From positions 1 to 39,411 of the forward strand of contig CACZWA010000002.1 of assembly GCA_902784685.1 (NCBI GenBank): 39,411 bases of DNA. The letters run 5' to 3'. Below, piece after piece: positions 1-8,009 of the stretch. Numbering within the stretch: the stretch's first letter is position 1; each line of letters opens with the position of its first letter. The notes beneath the pieces are model-generated. The model had not been told where the DNA came from. It did not search any database and saw only the letters and a list, made by a program, of their open reading frames with translations. The DNA comes from an uncultured Ruminococcus sp. (GTDB lineage: Bacteria; Bacillota; Clostridia; RUG12999). Position numbers and translations under genes: made by a program.

Positions 1-1
1 T

Positions 2-463
2 CCGTTTGAGCTTTCGGGCGGTCAGAAACGCCGTGTGGCAATAGCGGGCATTCTTGCTTTAAGACCGCAGGTTTTAATTCTTGATGAGCCGACTGCAGGG
101 CTCGACCCAAGAGGCAGGGATAATATTCTTGACAATATTTCCAAGCTTCATAGGGAGCGAGGCATTACCGTTATACTTGTTTCGCACAGTATGGAGGATG
201 TTGCAAGGGTGTGCGAAAGCGTGGTTGTTATGAACCGAGGCACGGTTGCTTTAAGCGGAAGCGTGCATGAAGTGTTTAAGCAAAGCGAAATGCTGAAAAA
301 GCTCCGCCTTAACGTTCCGCAAATAACCGAGCTTATGGATAAACTCAGGGCAGACGGATATTCTCTGCCGGATGATATTTACACAACGGACAGGGCTTTT
401 GAGGAAATACTTTCTCTTATAAAAGACGTTTCGGGTACGAAAGGAAATAGAAATGATAACTGA
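2..463 (+). CDS. ecfA: ECF transporter ATP-binding subunit (EcfA2/CbiO-like), 5'-partial
   Basis: The frame is open from the window edge (phase from nt 2). The translation PFELSGGQKRRVAIAGILALRPQVLILDEPTAGLDP carries the ABC signature LSGGQ and Walker B. It is followed by ecfT and truA, as in the conserved Firmicutes cluster. The listed GTG at 35 is internal. Confidence 0.85.
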   Translation, partial: PFELSGGQKRRVAIAGILALRPQVLILDEPTAGLDPRGRDNILDNISKLHRERGITVILVSHSMEDVARVCESVVVMNRGTVALSGSVHEVFKQSEMLKKLRLNVPQITELMDKLRADGYSLPDDIYTTDRAFEEILSLIKDVSGTKGNRNDN

Positions 464-1280
464 TATAACTTTGGGTCAGTATATTCCAGGCAATTCGGTT
501 CTTCACAGGCTTGACCCCAGAACAAAGATACTTCTTACTTTTGCATATATTGCGGTGCTGTTTATAGTAGATAACGTGCCGGGCTATGTGCTTACGGGAG
601 TGCTTCTCTTTGCTTTGATTAAGCTTTCGGGAATACCTTTTAAATTTATTATGAAAAGCATAAAGCCCATATACATTTTCATTGTGTTTACCGCAATTTT
701 GAATTTGTTTATGACTGAAGGAACATATATTTTTTCATTCGGCATTTTTCATATAAGCCGTGAAGGAGTGCTTGTTACTGTTGTTATGGCGCTCAGACTT
801 GTTTTTTTGGTTGCAGGCACTTCGCTTTTGACTTACACAACTTCGCCGATAGTGCTTACGGACGGAATAGAGGCGCTTTTAAAACCGCTTGAAAAGGTAA
901 AGTTTCCTGCGCATGAGCTTGCTATGATGATGACAATAGCACTGCGTTTTATACCGACAATAATCGAGGAAACCGATAAAATAATGAAGGCTCAAACCGC
1001 AAGAGGAGCGGATTTTGACACGGGCGGTCTTATAAAAAAAGCAAAAGCCATGATACCGCTTTTAATACCGCTTTTCATAAGCTCATTCCGACGTGCGGAC
1101 GAGCTTGCGCTTGCAATGGAATGTAGGGGCTATCACGGCGGTGAGGGCAGAACAAAGCTCAAAGAGCTTAAATTTTCGGTTATTGACATAAGAGCTTTTG
1201 TTATTTTTGCTTTGCTTGCCGCACTCTGCATTTTTGTTGGGAAAGCGGATATTAACACAATTATTGATTTTAGACGGTGA
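453..1280 (+). CDS. ecfT: ECF transporter transmembrane component T (EcfT/CbiQ family)
   Basis: 275-aa polytopic hydrophobic protein with an EcfT-like N-terminus (LHRLDPRTKIL) and the ARGADF region. Its start overlaps the ecfA stop by 11 nt. Confidence 0.85.
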   Translation: MITDITLGQYIPGNSVLHRLDPRTKILLTFAYIAVLFIVDNVPGYVLTGVLLFALIKLSGIPFKFIMKSIKPIYIFIVFTAILNLFMTEGTYIFSFGIFHISREGVLVTVVMALRLVFLVAGTSLLTYTTSPIVLTDGIEALLKPLEKVKFPAHELAMMMTIALRFIPTIIEETDKIMKAQTARGADFDTGGLIKKAKAMIPLLIPLFISSFRRADELALAMECRGYHGGEGRTKLKELKFSVIDIRAFVIFALLAALCIFVGKADINTIIDFRR

Positions 1281-2023
1281 AAAAAATGAGAAACATTAAA
1301 CTGACTCTTATGTATGACGGTACTTTTTACCACGGCTGGCAACGTCAAAAAAACGTTGTTACCGTGCAACAGAAGGTTGAAGAAGGGCTTGGAACGATTT
1401 TTAACGAAAACAGAGTTATAGTGCATGGTTGCAGCCGTACAGACGCAGGAGTTCATGCAAGAGAATATGTTTGCAGTTTTAATACGGAGGCTAAAATTCC
1501 GGCAGAAAAAATCCCGTTTGCGCTCAATACCTGTTTGCCATCGGATATTCGTGCGTACAAGGCAGAGGACGTACCTGAGGATTTTCACGCACAGTACAGA
1601 GCAAAATCAAAAATATATTCATACACGGTGCTTAACGCTCCTCACGGAGACGCTTTTTTGAGGAACAGAGTTTGGCACTATCCGAGAAAGATTGATATGG
1701 AAAAAGTGCGCTATGCCGCGGCTTTTCTGGAAGGCAAGCACGATTTCAGAACTTTTATGGCGCTTGATGCAAGTCAGACGATTTTTGAAAAAACGATGTA
1801 CAGCCTTTCGGCCGAGAAAGACGGAGACATTATAACCTTTAAGCTTCATGCCGACGGCTACCTTTACAATATGGTCCGTATAATCTGCGGAACTCTTGTT
1901 TTTATGGGGTCGGGCGTGCTTAACCACCTTGATATGCCGCAGGTGCTTGCTTCGCTTGACCGCAGACGTGCAGGAATTACAGCACCCCCTCAGGGACTGG
2001 TGCTTGAGAAAGTTTTCTACTAA
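1277..2023 (+). CDS. truA: tRNA pseudouridine(38-40) synthase TruA
   Basis: Typical TruA features: LTLMYDGTFYHGWQRQ, CSRTDAGVHA (catalytic Asp) and YNMVRII. The GTG at 1277 overlaps the ecfT stop; an alternative ATG lies at 1286. Confidence 0.9.
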   Translation: MKKMRNIKLTLMYDGTFYHGWQRQKNVVTVQQKVEEGLGTIFNENRVIVHGCSRTDAGVHAREYVCSFNTEAKIPAEKIPFALNTCLPSDIRAYKAEDVPEDFHAQYRAKSKIYSYTVLNAPHGDAFLRNRVWHYPRKIDMEKVRYAAAFLEGKHDFRTFMALDASQTIFEKTMYSLSAEKDGDIITFKLHADGYLYNMVRIICGTLVFMGSGVLNHLDMPQVLASLDRRRAGITAPPQGLVLEKVFY

Positions 2024-2155
2024 ACGGCAGGTAATAAATTAATGCTTTGCCATTAAAACACCATTGCATAGCAGTATATTTTTATATTATAATTAAATCG
2101 GCAGGACATATATACCTGCATAATTTATCAGAAAAATCCGAGGAGGTTACCCCAT

Positions 2156-4579
2156 ATGACCAAACAAAAAAAGATAATCTTGCCTATGATTCCGCTGCGT
2201 GGACTTGTAGTGCTGCCATATATGATTTTGCATTTTGACGTCGGCAGACAGAAATCAATAAAGGCGCTTGAAGCGGCTCTTGCTTCAAACCAGCTTGTTT
2301 TTCTTGTAACACAGCACGACGAAAATATAAAAGACCCGGATATAAATCAGCTTTATTTAACAGGGACAATTGCAAAAGTTTCGCAAATTCTCCGTATGCC
2401 GGGAAACGTAATAAGAGTACTTGTCGAGGGAATAAGCCGCGCAAGGCTTTGCGATGTTTCGGGCACAGACTACTCCGTTGCCGAGGTAATTGAATATATG
2501 CCGAACACTCTTGAGCATATTGATATTAACGTTGAAGCACTTATAAGAAATGTCAGAAATATATGTGAGAAATATTTTGAAGAAGAAAACAAGGTTTCGC
2601 CCGAAGCGGTTGCTTCCGTTATATCTTCTGCGGCAACAACGGAGGACCCGGGAAGAATGTGTGATATAATCGCAGGGAATATAGATATTCCCGTGGCGGA
2701 CAAGCAGATGATACTTGAAAGCCTTGATCCGACAGAAAGGCTTGAAAATCTTTTGTTTATACTCTCAAGGGAGCTTGAACTGCTTAAACTTTCAAGCAAA
2801 ATAGACGCTAAGGTCAAGGAAAATATGGATAAAAATCAGCGTGACTATTACCTTAGGGAGCAGCTGAACGTCATTCAGGAGGAGCTTGGAGACAAAGACG
2901 GAATTGGCGCCGAGGTTAAGGAATACCGTGAAAAATTTGAAAAGCTCGGCTTGACTGAAGAAGCTTCAAAGAAGGTTGAAAAAGAGCTTGACAGATTGCT
3001 TAAAACTCCGCCCGGAATAGGGGAAGGCACGGTTATAAGAAATTATCTCGACTGGATTGCCGATTTGCCGTGGAATATTTCGACCGAGGACAGTATCGAC
3101 ATAAAAAGAGCGAGAGAAATTTTAGATAAGGACCACTACGGTCTTGAAAAAGTGAAGGAGCGTATAATAGAATATCTTGCGGTACAAAAGCTTTCGGGCG
3201 GCGTAAAAGCGCCGATTTTATGCCTTGTAGGACCTCCCGGAGTTGGAAAAACCTCAATTGCACGTTCCGTTGCTGAAGCCATGAACAAAAAATATGTTCG
3301 CATTTCGCTCGGCGGTGTGCGTGATGAGGCGGAAATAAGGGGTCACAGAAGAACGTATCTCGGTTCGATGCCGGGAAGAATAATAAACGCTCTTAAAACG
3401 GCAGGGAGCAACAATCCGCTTATGCTTTTTGATGAAATAGACAAGCTTTCAAGCGATATTCACGGGGATCCTGCTTCGGCTATGCTTGAAGTTTTGGACG
3501 GAGAACAGAATAATACTTTCAGGGATAACTATATTGAGCTGCCTTTTGATTTAAGCCGTGTAACGTTTATTACAACAGCAAACAGGCTCGATACAATCCC
3601 GAGACCTCTCCTTGACCGAATGGAAGTAATTGAGCTTCCGGGGTATATTGAGGACGAAAAGTTTAACATTGCAAAACGTCACCTTATTCCGAAACAGCTT
3701 AAAATATACGGACTTGCACGCTCGGCTGTTAAATTCAGCGATGAAGCGGTTCACGATATAATAAACTACTATACCCGTGAAGCGGGAGTAAGAAATCTCG
3801 AAAGAGAAATCGGAAGCGTATGCCGTAAAGCGGCAACAAAGATTGTTTCTGAGGATAAAAAAAGCGTTACGGTTACAGCCAAAAATCTCGAAGGTTATCT
3901 CGGCGCTCACCGTTTCAGCTACGATTTAATGAAAAAAGAGCCGTCTGTCGGTATATCCACAGGGCTTGCTTGGACGCAGGTGGGCGGAGAGACGCTTGAT
4001 GTTGAAGTAAACGTTATGGAAGGAAGCGGAAGAATTGAGCTTACGGGACAGCTCGGCGATGTGATGAAAGAATCCGCAAGAGCGGCAATAAGCTATATCC
4101 GCACAAAAACGGACGAATATAATATTGACCCTGATTTTTATAAAAACTGCGATATTCATATTCATGTGCCGGAGGGCGCAACGCCAAAGGACGGACCTTC
4201 CGCAGGTATTACAATAGCAACTGCCGTTGTGTCGGCGCTTTCGGGCTATCCGGTGAGATGTGACGTTGCAATGACGGGAGAAATAACCCTTAGAGGAAGA
4301 GTTTTGCCGATAGGCGGACTGCGTGAAAAATCTCTTGCGGCATACCGAAGCGGAATAAGAACAATTATAATACCGCTTGAAAACAGTAAAGACCTTGAAG
4401 AAATTCCCGAAACAATCAGAAAGGATATAAGCTTTGTACCTGTTACGTCAATGCAACAGGTGCTTGAGACAGCACTTTTAAAGCTTCCTGTATATTCGGA
4501 GTTTTCCGCACACAAAAGCGGCGATAATATCAGCCCCGCACCCACACCGAAAAATGTGGAAATATCAAACCGTATATAG
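2156..4579 (+). CDS. lon: ATP-dependent Lon protease
   Basis: 807 aa with an N-terminal LON domain, Walker A GPPGVGKTS and protease motif PKDGPSAG (catalytic Ser). The RBS GAGGAGG lies 8 nt upstream of the ATG. Confidence 0.95.
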   Translation: MTKQKKIILPMIPLRGLVVLPYMILHFDVGRQKSIKALEAALASNQLVFLVTQHDENIKDPDINQLYLTGTIAKVSQILRMPGNVIRVLVEGISRARLCDVSGTDYSVAEVIEYMPNTLEHIDINVEALIRNVRNICEKYFEEENKVSPEAVASVISSAATTEDPGRMCDIIAGNIDIPVADKQMILESLDPTERLENLLFILSRELELLKLSSKIDAKVKENMDKNQRDYYLREQLNVIQEELGDKDGIGAEVKEYREKFEKLGLTEEASKKVEKELDRLLKTPPGIGEGTVIRNYLDWIADLPWNISTEDSIDIKRAREILDKDHYGLEKVKERIIEYLAVQKLSGGVKAPILCLVGPPGVGKTSIARSVAEAMNKKYVRISLGGVRDEAEIRGHRRTYLGSMPGRIINALKTAGSNNPLMLFDEIDKLSSDIHGDPASAMLEVLDGEQNNTFRDNYIELPFDLSRVTFITTANRLDTIPRPLLDRMEVIELPGYIEDEKFNIAKRHLIPKQLKIYGLARSAVKFSDEAVHDIINYYTREAGVRNLEREIGSVCRKAATKIVSEDKKSVTVTAKNLEGYLGAHRFSYDLMKKEPSVGISTGLAWTQVGGETLDVEVNVMEGSGRIELTGQLGDVMKESARAAISYIRTKTDEYNIDPDFYKNCDIHIHVPEGATPKDGPSAGITIATAVVSALSGYPVRCDVAMTGEITLRGRVLPIGGLREKSLAAYRSGIRTIIIPLENSKDLEEIPETIRKDISFVPVTSMQQVLETALLKLPVYSEFSAHKSGDNISPAPTPKNVEISNRI

Positions 4580-4610
4580 AGGCCTAAAAAGCAACAATGG
4601 AGGAAAGTAA

Positions 4611-5216
4611 ATGAATCTTAATAATCTGTCAATTGAAGTTTCGGCGGTAAGCCCGAAACAGTATCCGGCAGGCAGTCGTCCCGAAATTGCCTTTGCAGGG
4701 CGGTCTAATGTAGGCAAATCCTCATTTTTAAACAAAATGGTAGGAAGAAAGAGTCTTGCAAGAACAAGCGGAAAGCCCGGCAAAACGGCGCAGATAAACT
4801 TTTTTAATATTGATTCGAGAGTTTTTTTTGTTGACCTTCCGGGGTACGGATATGCCGCTGTTTCAAAGGCTGAACAGCAACGCTGGGGAGCAATGATGGA
4901 TACCTACCTTAATACAAGAAAACCGCTCAGGCAGGTTGTTCTTCTTGTTGACAGCCGTCATAAACCCTCAAAAGACGATATTCAAATGGCAGAATGGATA
5001 AGATACCGTTTCGGTTACCTTATAATAGTTGCAACCAAAACGGATAAGCTTTCCGCAAAACAGCTTAATGAGAATTTACAGCTTATTGCCGATACCTTGA
5101 GCTTTACCGAGGACGATATTCTTTTGCCGTTCTCGGCGGAGACAGGCAAGGGTAAAGAGGATTGCTGGGAGGTTATTTGCGATGTGCTTGAGGTTGATAT
5201 GCCTCAGCTGAGATAG
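4611..5216 (+). CDS. engB: ribosome biogenesis GTP-binding protein EngB/YsxC
   Basis: G1 motif GRSNVGKSS and DLPGYGY (G3), 201 aa. The lon-ysxC adjacency matches B. subtilis. Confidence 0.9.
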   Translation: MNLNNLSIEVSAVSPKQYPAGSRPEIAFAGRSNVGKSSFLNKMVGRKSLARTSGKPGKTAQINFFNIDSRVFFVDLPGYGYAAVSKAEQQRWGAMMDTYLNTRKPLRQVVLLVDSRHKPSKDDIQMAEWIRYRFGYLIIVATKTDKLSAKQLNENLQLIADTLSFTEDDILLPFSAETGKGKEDCWEVICDVLEVDMPQLR

Positions 5217-5245
5217 AAAAGCAAGTGGAGTTTTAATCAATAGAA

Positions 5246-5276
5246 AAGGCGTCTGTGCCAAAAGCACAGACGCCTT
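5246..5276. terminator. bidirectional intrinsic terminator hairpin (13-bp stem AAGGCGTCTGTGC / GCACAGACGCCTT)
   Basis: A perfect 13-bp stem with a 5-nt loop. An A-run lies upstream and T-rich sequence downstream on the + strand. On the - strand the hairpin is followed by TTTTCTATTG. It sits between convergent transcription units. Confidence 0.65.
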
Positions 5277-5296
5277 AAAACTTTTTAATTAAATAT

Positions 5297-5446
5297 CCCG
5301 CCGTACCGCTGGTCCGCCACACTCAAACCTGCTTTGGCAGGTGGGTAATTACTCAGAGCCATTATAAGTCCCCTGCGCCAAAAGGCGCTGCGCCTGTGAA
5401 AACCACGGGCGGGGGCGTTTATGCCGACTCTGAAGGTCGTTTCCCT
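5297..5446 (-). ncRNA. candidate structured RNA or structured 3'UTR element (unclassified)
   Basis: A GC-rich island of about 150 nt inside an AT-rich 392-bp gap with no ORF. It contains local hairpins at 5327-5342 and 5375-5388, and long-range complementarity 5297-5304/5405-5413 and 5352-5360/5426-5434. The second helix is 9 contiguous pairs only if read on the - strand, where 2 G-U pairs replace C-A mismatches. I recognised no known family. Confidence 0.25.
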
Positions 5447-5607
5447 TAGTGTTAATGTTGGTTTAAGTTATAAACGGCTTTGCAAATAAAGCAGGAATAT
5501 TTTTGAAGTTTATAGGTTTTTTAAACGCATTTGAAACGTTTTTGCCCACATAAATATTATACCTCATTAAGTCAAAAAAATCAATAGAAAAATTTATTAT
5601 TTTTTCT

Positions 5608-6519
5608 TTATTTTTTTGCATTTTTCGTAGCGGCGAGAAAATATTTTCTTTCTTCGGAAATGCTGTTGATTTCAGCTCCGAGAATTATAAACATTCCAAC
5701 GAAATACAGCCAAAGAGCAAGGAGCAATACCGCACCGAGCGAGCCGTAAAGTATGGAAAATTTTTCAAAATATGCCATATAAATCGAAAAGCCGTAGGTT
5801 AAAAGGAAGTTACAGATTATAGCAAAAATTGCACCGGGAAAAACATACCTGAGCTTTACTCTCTTGAGCGGAACGGCATAGTAAACAAGAAGCAAAATAA
5901 GCAGGAAAGCACCGAAAACCACAGTCCATTTGCCGACGCTGATTTTGTTAAGCCAGTCAACCGGAATTTCAAGCAGAAGAATGATTTTATATATCCATTC
6001 TCTTCCTATGGTAACGGCGGAAAGACAAAGGAAAATTGCAACTCCCAAAATAAGCGTAAGGAAAACGGAAAGTATGAGTCTTACAAGGAAAAAGCGGTTG
6101 TCACGAATATCGTAGGCTTTGTTAATTGCGCCGCTTATTGCCCGTACCCATTTTGAAGCGGAAAAAAGCTCAACAACAACACCGAAGGAGATAATGCCGA
6201 AACGGTTTCCGAGACCGGAGACATATTCGACATAATCGCCTATGATTGTTGCAATCTGAAGCGGAAAAAGCTCCGCCAGAATTTCAACAACAAAATCTTT
6301 TGAAAGTCCCATTCTTCCGATAAGAGCGTTCACAAAAATGATAAACGGAAAAACGGACAACAGCCCAAAATAAGCGAGCTGTCCGGCGTTTTGCGCAACG
6401 TCGTGGCTGTCGAAACGAACAAAAAGGTTTTTCAGTGTATATTTTATAATGCCGTCAGTCGGCTTGATTTTAAAAAGGTCGTTCATTTTATCAACAGTGT
6501 TTTCTAAGATTTTTGCCAC
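5608..6519 (-). CDS. YihY/virulence factor BrkB family membrane protein
   Basis: 303-aa polytopic protein with the family-typical AGQLAYFGLLSVFPFIIF and AYDIRDNR segments. The start codon (GTG 6519) is uncertain. Confidence 0.8.
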   Translation of the reverse strand: MAKILENTVDKMNDLFKIKPTDGIIKYTLKNLFVRFDSHDVAQNAGQLAYFGLLSVFPFIIFVNALIGRMGLSKDFVVEILAELFPLQIATIIGDYVEYVSGLGNRFGIISFGVVVELFSASKWVRAISGAINKAYDIRDNRFFLVRLILSVFLTLILGVAIFLCLSAVTIGREWIYKIILLLEIPVDWLNKISVGKWTVVFGAFLLILLLVYYAVPLKRVKLRYVFPGAIFAIICNFLLTYGFSIYMAYFEKFSILYGSLGAVLLLALWLYFVGMFIILGAEINSISEERKYFLAATKNAKK

Positions 6520-6549
6520 CTTCTTTTTTGAATTTTTTTATTTTTCTTA

Positions 6550-6578
6550 TTGACAAACCACCTAATATGTGGTATAAT
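6550..6578 (+). promoter_or_regulatory. sigma-A type promoter for tRNA-Pro (TTGACA-17 nt-TGgTATAAT)
   Basis: Consensus -35 at 6550-6555 and consensus -10 at 6573-6578 with an extended TG, about 29 nt upstream of the tRNA 5' end. Confidence 0.75.
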
Positions 6579-6606
6579 AGATAAATGTCGGAACAATTTA
6601 ATAATT

Positions 6607-6683
6607 CGGGGTATAGCTCAGTTTGGTAGAGCGCTTGGTTCGGGACCAAGAGGCCACAGGTTCAAATCCTGCTACTCCGACCA
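6607..6683 (+). tRNA. tRNA-Pro (anticodon CGG), CCA encoded
   Basis: Hand-folded cloverleaf. The acceptor stem is CGGGGTA/TACTCCG (one G-U) and the D arm is GCTC-AGTTTGGTA-GAGC. The anticodon stem CTTGG/CCAAG carries loop TTCGGGA. The T arm is ACAGG-TTCAAAT-CCTGC (A49-C65 mismatch). Discriminator A is followed by CCA. Confidence 0.9.
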
Positions 6684-6689
6684 CGTTGG

Positions 6690-6722
6690 AGCAAGCGTTA
6701 TAACGCTTGCTTTGATTTTTTG
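6690..6722 (+). terminator. intrinsic terminator after tRNA-Pro
   Basis: Palindrome AGCAAGCGTTATAACGCTTGCT followed by TTGATTTTTTG. Confidence 0.7.
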
Positions 6723-6819
6723 CAAAAAATCAAGACTTATTCTAAGTGTTAAAGTATAGTCTTTTTTACATTTTTATTTGTGACCGCATATAATTATAAC
6801 ACATATTTATATATTTGTC

Positions 6820-6850
6820 AAAGGGCAGCGAAAAAATACCGCTGCCCTTT
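6820..6850 (-). terminator. probable terminator hairpin downstream of upp
   Basis: 11-bp stem AAAGGGCAGCG / CGCTGCCCTTT with a 9-nt loop, 23 nt after the upp stop. The U-tract on the - strand is short (TTTGACAAAT). Confidence 0.45.
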
Positions 6851-6872
6851 AAATGCCTTATTAAATAAATTT

Positions 6873-7508
6873 TTAAAGTGTGCCGAAAAGTCTGTCGCCC
6901 GCATCTCCGAGACCGGGGCAAATGTAGCCGTGGTCGTTAAGTCTTTCGTCAACTGCGGCGCAGTAAATCTGTACATCGGGATGATCCTGCTGAATTCTTT
7001 CAATTCCGTTTTCTGCGGCGAGTATGCACATAAGCTTAATGCTCTTTCCGCCGTGTTTTTTAATAAAGCCTATTGCAGCCGAAGCCGAGCCGCCTGTTGC
7101 AAGCATGGGGTCAACGACAAAAATCTGTCTTTCTTCAATATCCGAAGGAAGTTTGCAGTAATATTCAACAGGCTCAAGAGTTTTTGGGTCACGGTAAAGA
7201 CCGATATGACCTATTTTAGCGGCCGGAATAAGGTTGAGCATACCCGATACCATTCCGAGACCTGCACGGAGAATCGGTACAACTGCAAGCTTTTTGCCTG
7301 CAAGAACCTTTGTTGTGGCAACTTCAATAGGTGTCTGAACTTTTGTTTCTGCAAGGGGAAGGTCGCGTGTTGCCTCGTATGCGATAAGAGTTGCTATTTC
7401 GTCAACAAGTTCTTTAAACTCTTTTGTTCCTGTGTTAACGTCTCTTAAAATAGAAAGCTTGTGCTGAATAAGAGGGTGGTCCATGATAAGTAGGTTTTTG
7501 TCTGTCAT
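6873..7508 (-). CDS. upp: uracil phosphoribosyltransferase
   Basis: [16 protein letters not shown]-terminus and PRPP-binding motif [11 protein letters not shown]; 211 aa. Confidence 0.95.
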   Translation of the reverse strand: MTDKNLLIMDHPLIQHKLSILRDVNTGTKEFKELVDEIATLIAYEATRDLPLAETKVQTPIEVATTKVLAGKKLAVVPILRAGLGMVSGMLNLIPAAKIGHIGLYRDPKTLEPVEYYCKLPSDIEERQIFVVDPMLATGGSASAAIGFIKKHGGKSIKLMCILAAENGIERIQQDHPDVQIYCAAVDERLNDHGYICPGLGDAGDRLFGTL

Positions 7509-7573
7509 TTTAAATCATCCTTTTCTGTTGTATTATTTTTCGGCAAAAAATTACCGTTACATTCTAATAAAAT

Positions 7574-7602
7574 ATTATATAACATTTACAGCAAAATGTC
7601 AA
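7574..7602 (-). promoter_or_regulatory. putative upp promoter (TTGACA-17 nt-TATAAT on - strand)
   Basis: Reverse complement gives TTGACA (7597-7602) and TATAAT (7574-7579) with a 17-nt spacer, about 65 nt upstream of the upp ATG. Confidence 0.55.
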
Positions 7603-7763
7603 ATAATATTTTGTATCTGAGATGAAAATTTTTTATTTATCGTTTTATGGCAAAAAATGAATTATATATTTTAAAATATTTCAAAAATGAGTAATTTAAT
7701 TCTATCAAACTATATAAAAATGAATTTTTTAATAAGACAATTTGCAAATTTTTAATTTTAGAC

Positions 7764-7792
7764 TTGACGAGAGGATAAAAGTGTGGTATAAT
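7764..7792 (+). promoter_or_regulatory. putative promoter P1 of the citrate synthase gene (TTGACG-17 nt-TGgTATAAT)
   Basis: -35 at 7764-7769 and extended -10 at 7784-7792. Two further extended -10 boxes follow at 7879-7887 and 7966-7974 (see repeat). Confidence 0.55.
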
Positions 7793-7974
7793 AAAATCAA
7801 CCATAAGATATTCGGCGTTGCCGCAAGGTTGATTTTATTGTTTCACAGCGCTGCGGCACATTCTGCGCCTTGCGTATATGATATAATAAAATCACCTATT
7901 AAACATTCGGCGTTGCCGAGAGGTTGATTTTATTGTTTCACAGCGCTGCGGCACGAATGCGTATATGGTACAAT
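7781..7974 (+). repeat. tandem direct repeat: two units of about 95 bp plus a partial third, each starting with an extended -10-like box
   Basis: The 50-nt cores 7810-7859 and 7905-7954 are 48/50 identical. Both are preceded by TGnTATAAT followed by AAAATCA(A)CC. A third TGgTACAAT box follows copy 2. Confidence 0.85.
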
Positions 7975-8009
7975 GGTAAATATTATAGGAGTATAAGGAC
8001 TGATTTAAT

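Noticed and set aside
2024-2155. CtsR operator or CIRCE element upstream of lon
   Set aside because: Neither a GGTCAAA direct repeat nor TTAGCACTC-N9-GAGTGCTAA is present. There are only short AT-rich dyads (TTAATG..CATTAA, GCAGG..CCTGC).
5325-5375. TPP-riboswitch-like fragments on the - strand (GGCUCUGAG..ACCC..ACCUG)
   Set aside because: There is no P3 helix, no GCGUAGGGAA-type pyrophosphate-sensor segment and no downstream gene on that strand. The resemblance is limited to a few short words. I also checked by eye for SRP, RNase P, 6S rod, T-box, guanidine-I and fluoride signatures, and none fits.
5409-5440. tmRNA-like 5' end on the + strand (GGGGGCGTTTATGCCGAC versus GGGG.CGUU..GGAUUCGAC)
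   Set aside because: A tmRNA would need about 350 nt and would run into the yihY-family CDS. There is no tag reading frame, no tRNA-like 3' end and no CCA.
6550-6759. 69-aa ORF
   Set aside because: It spans the tRNA-Pro promoter, the tRNA itself and its terminator, so it is not coding.
6780-7448. 222-aa ORF on the + strand
   Set aside because: It is antisense to upp, which has unmistakable motifs. The translation is Cys/Asn/Phe-rich nonsense.
7540-7600. Possible dif (XerCD) site in the AT-rich upp upstream region (GTTACAT...)
   Set aside because: Only a TTACAT word matches the Firmicutes dif consensus. The central region and the second arm do not.
7742-7927. 61-aa ORF (TTG start) across the tandem repeat
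   Set aside because: It has no RBS. It reads through both repeat copies and the promoter boxes, and the repeats are better explained as non-coding.
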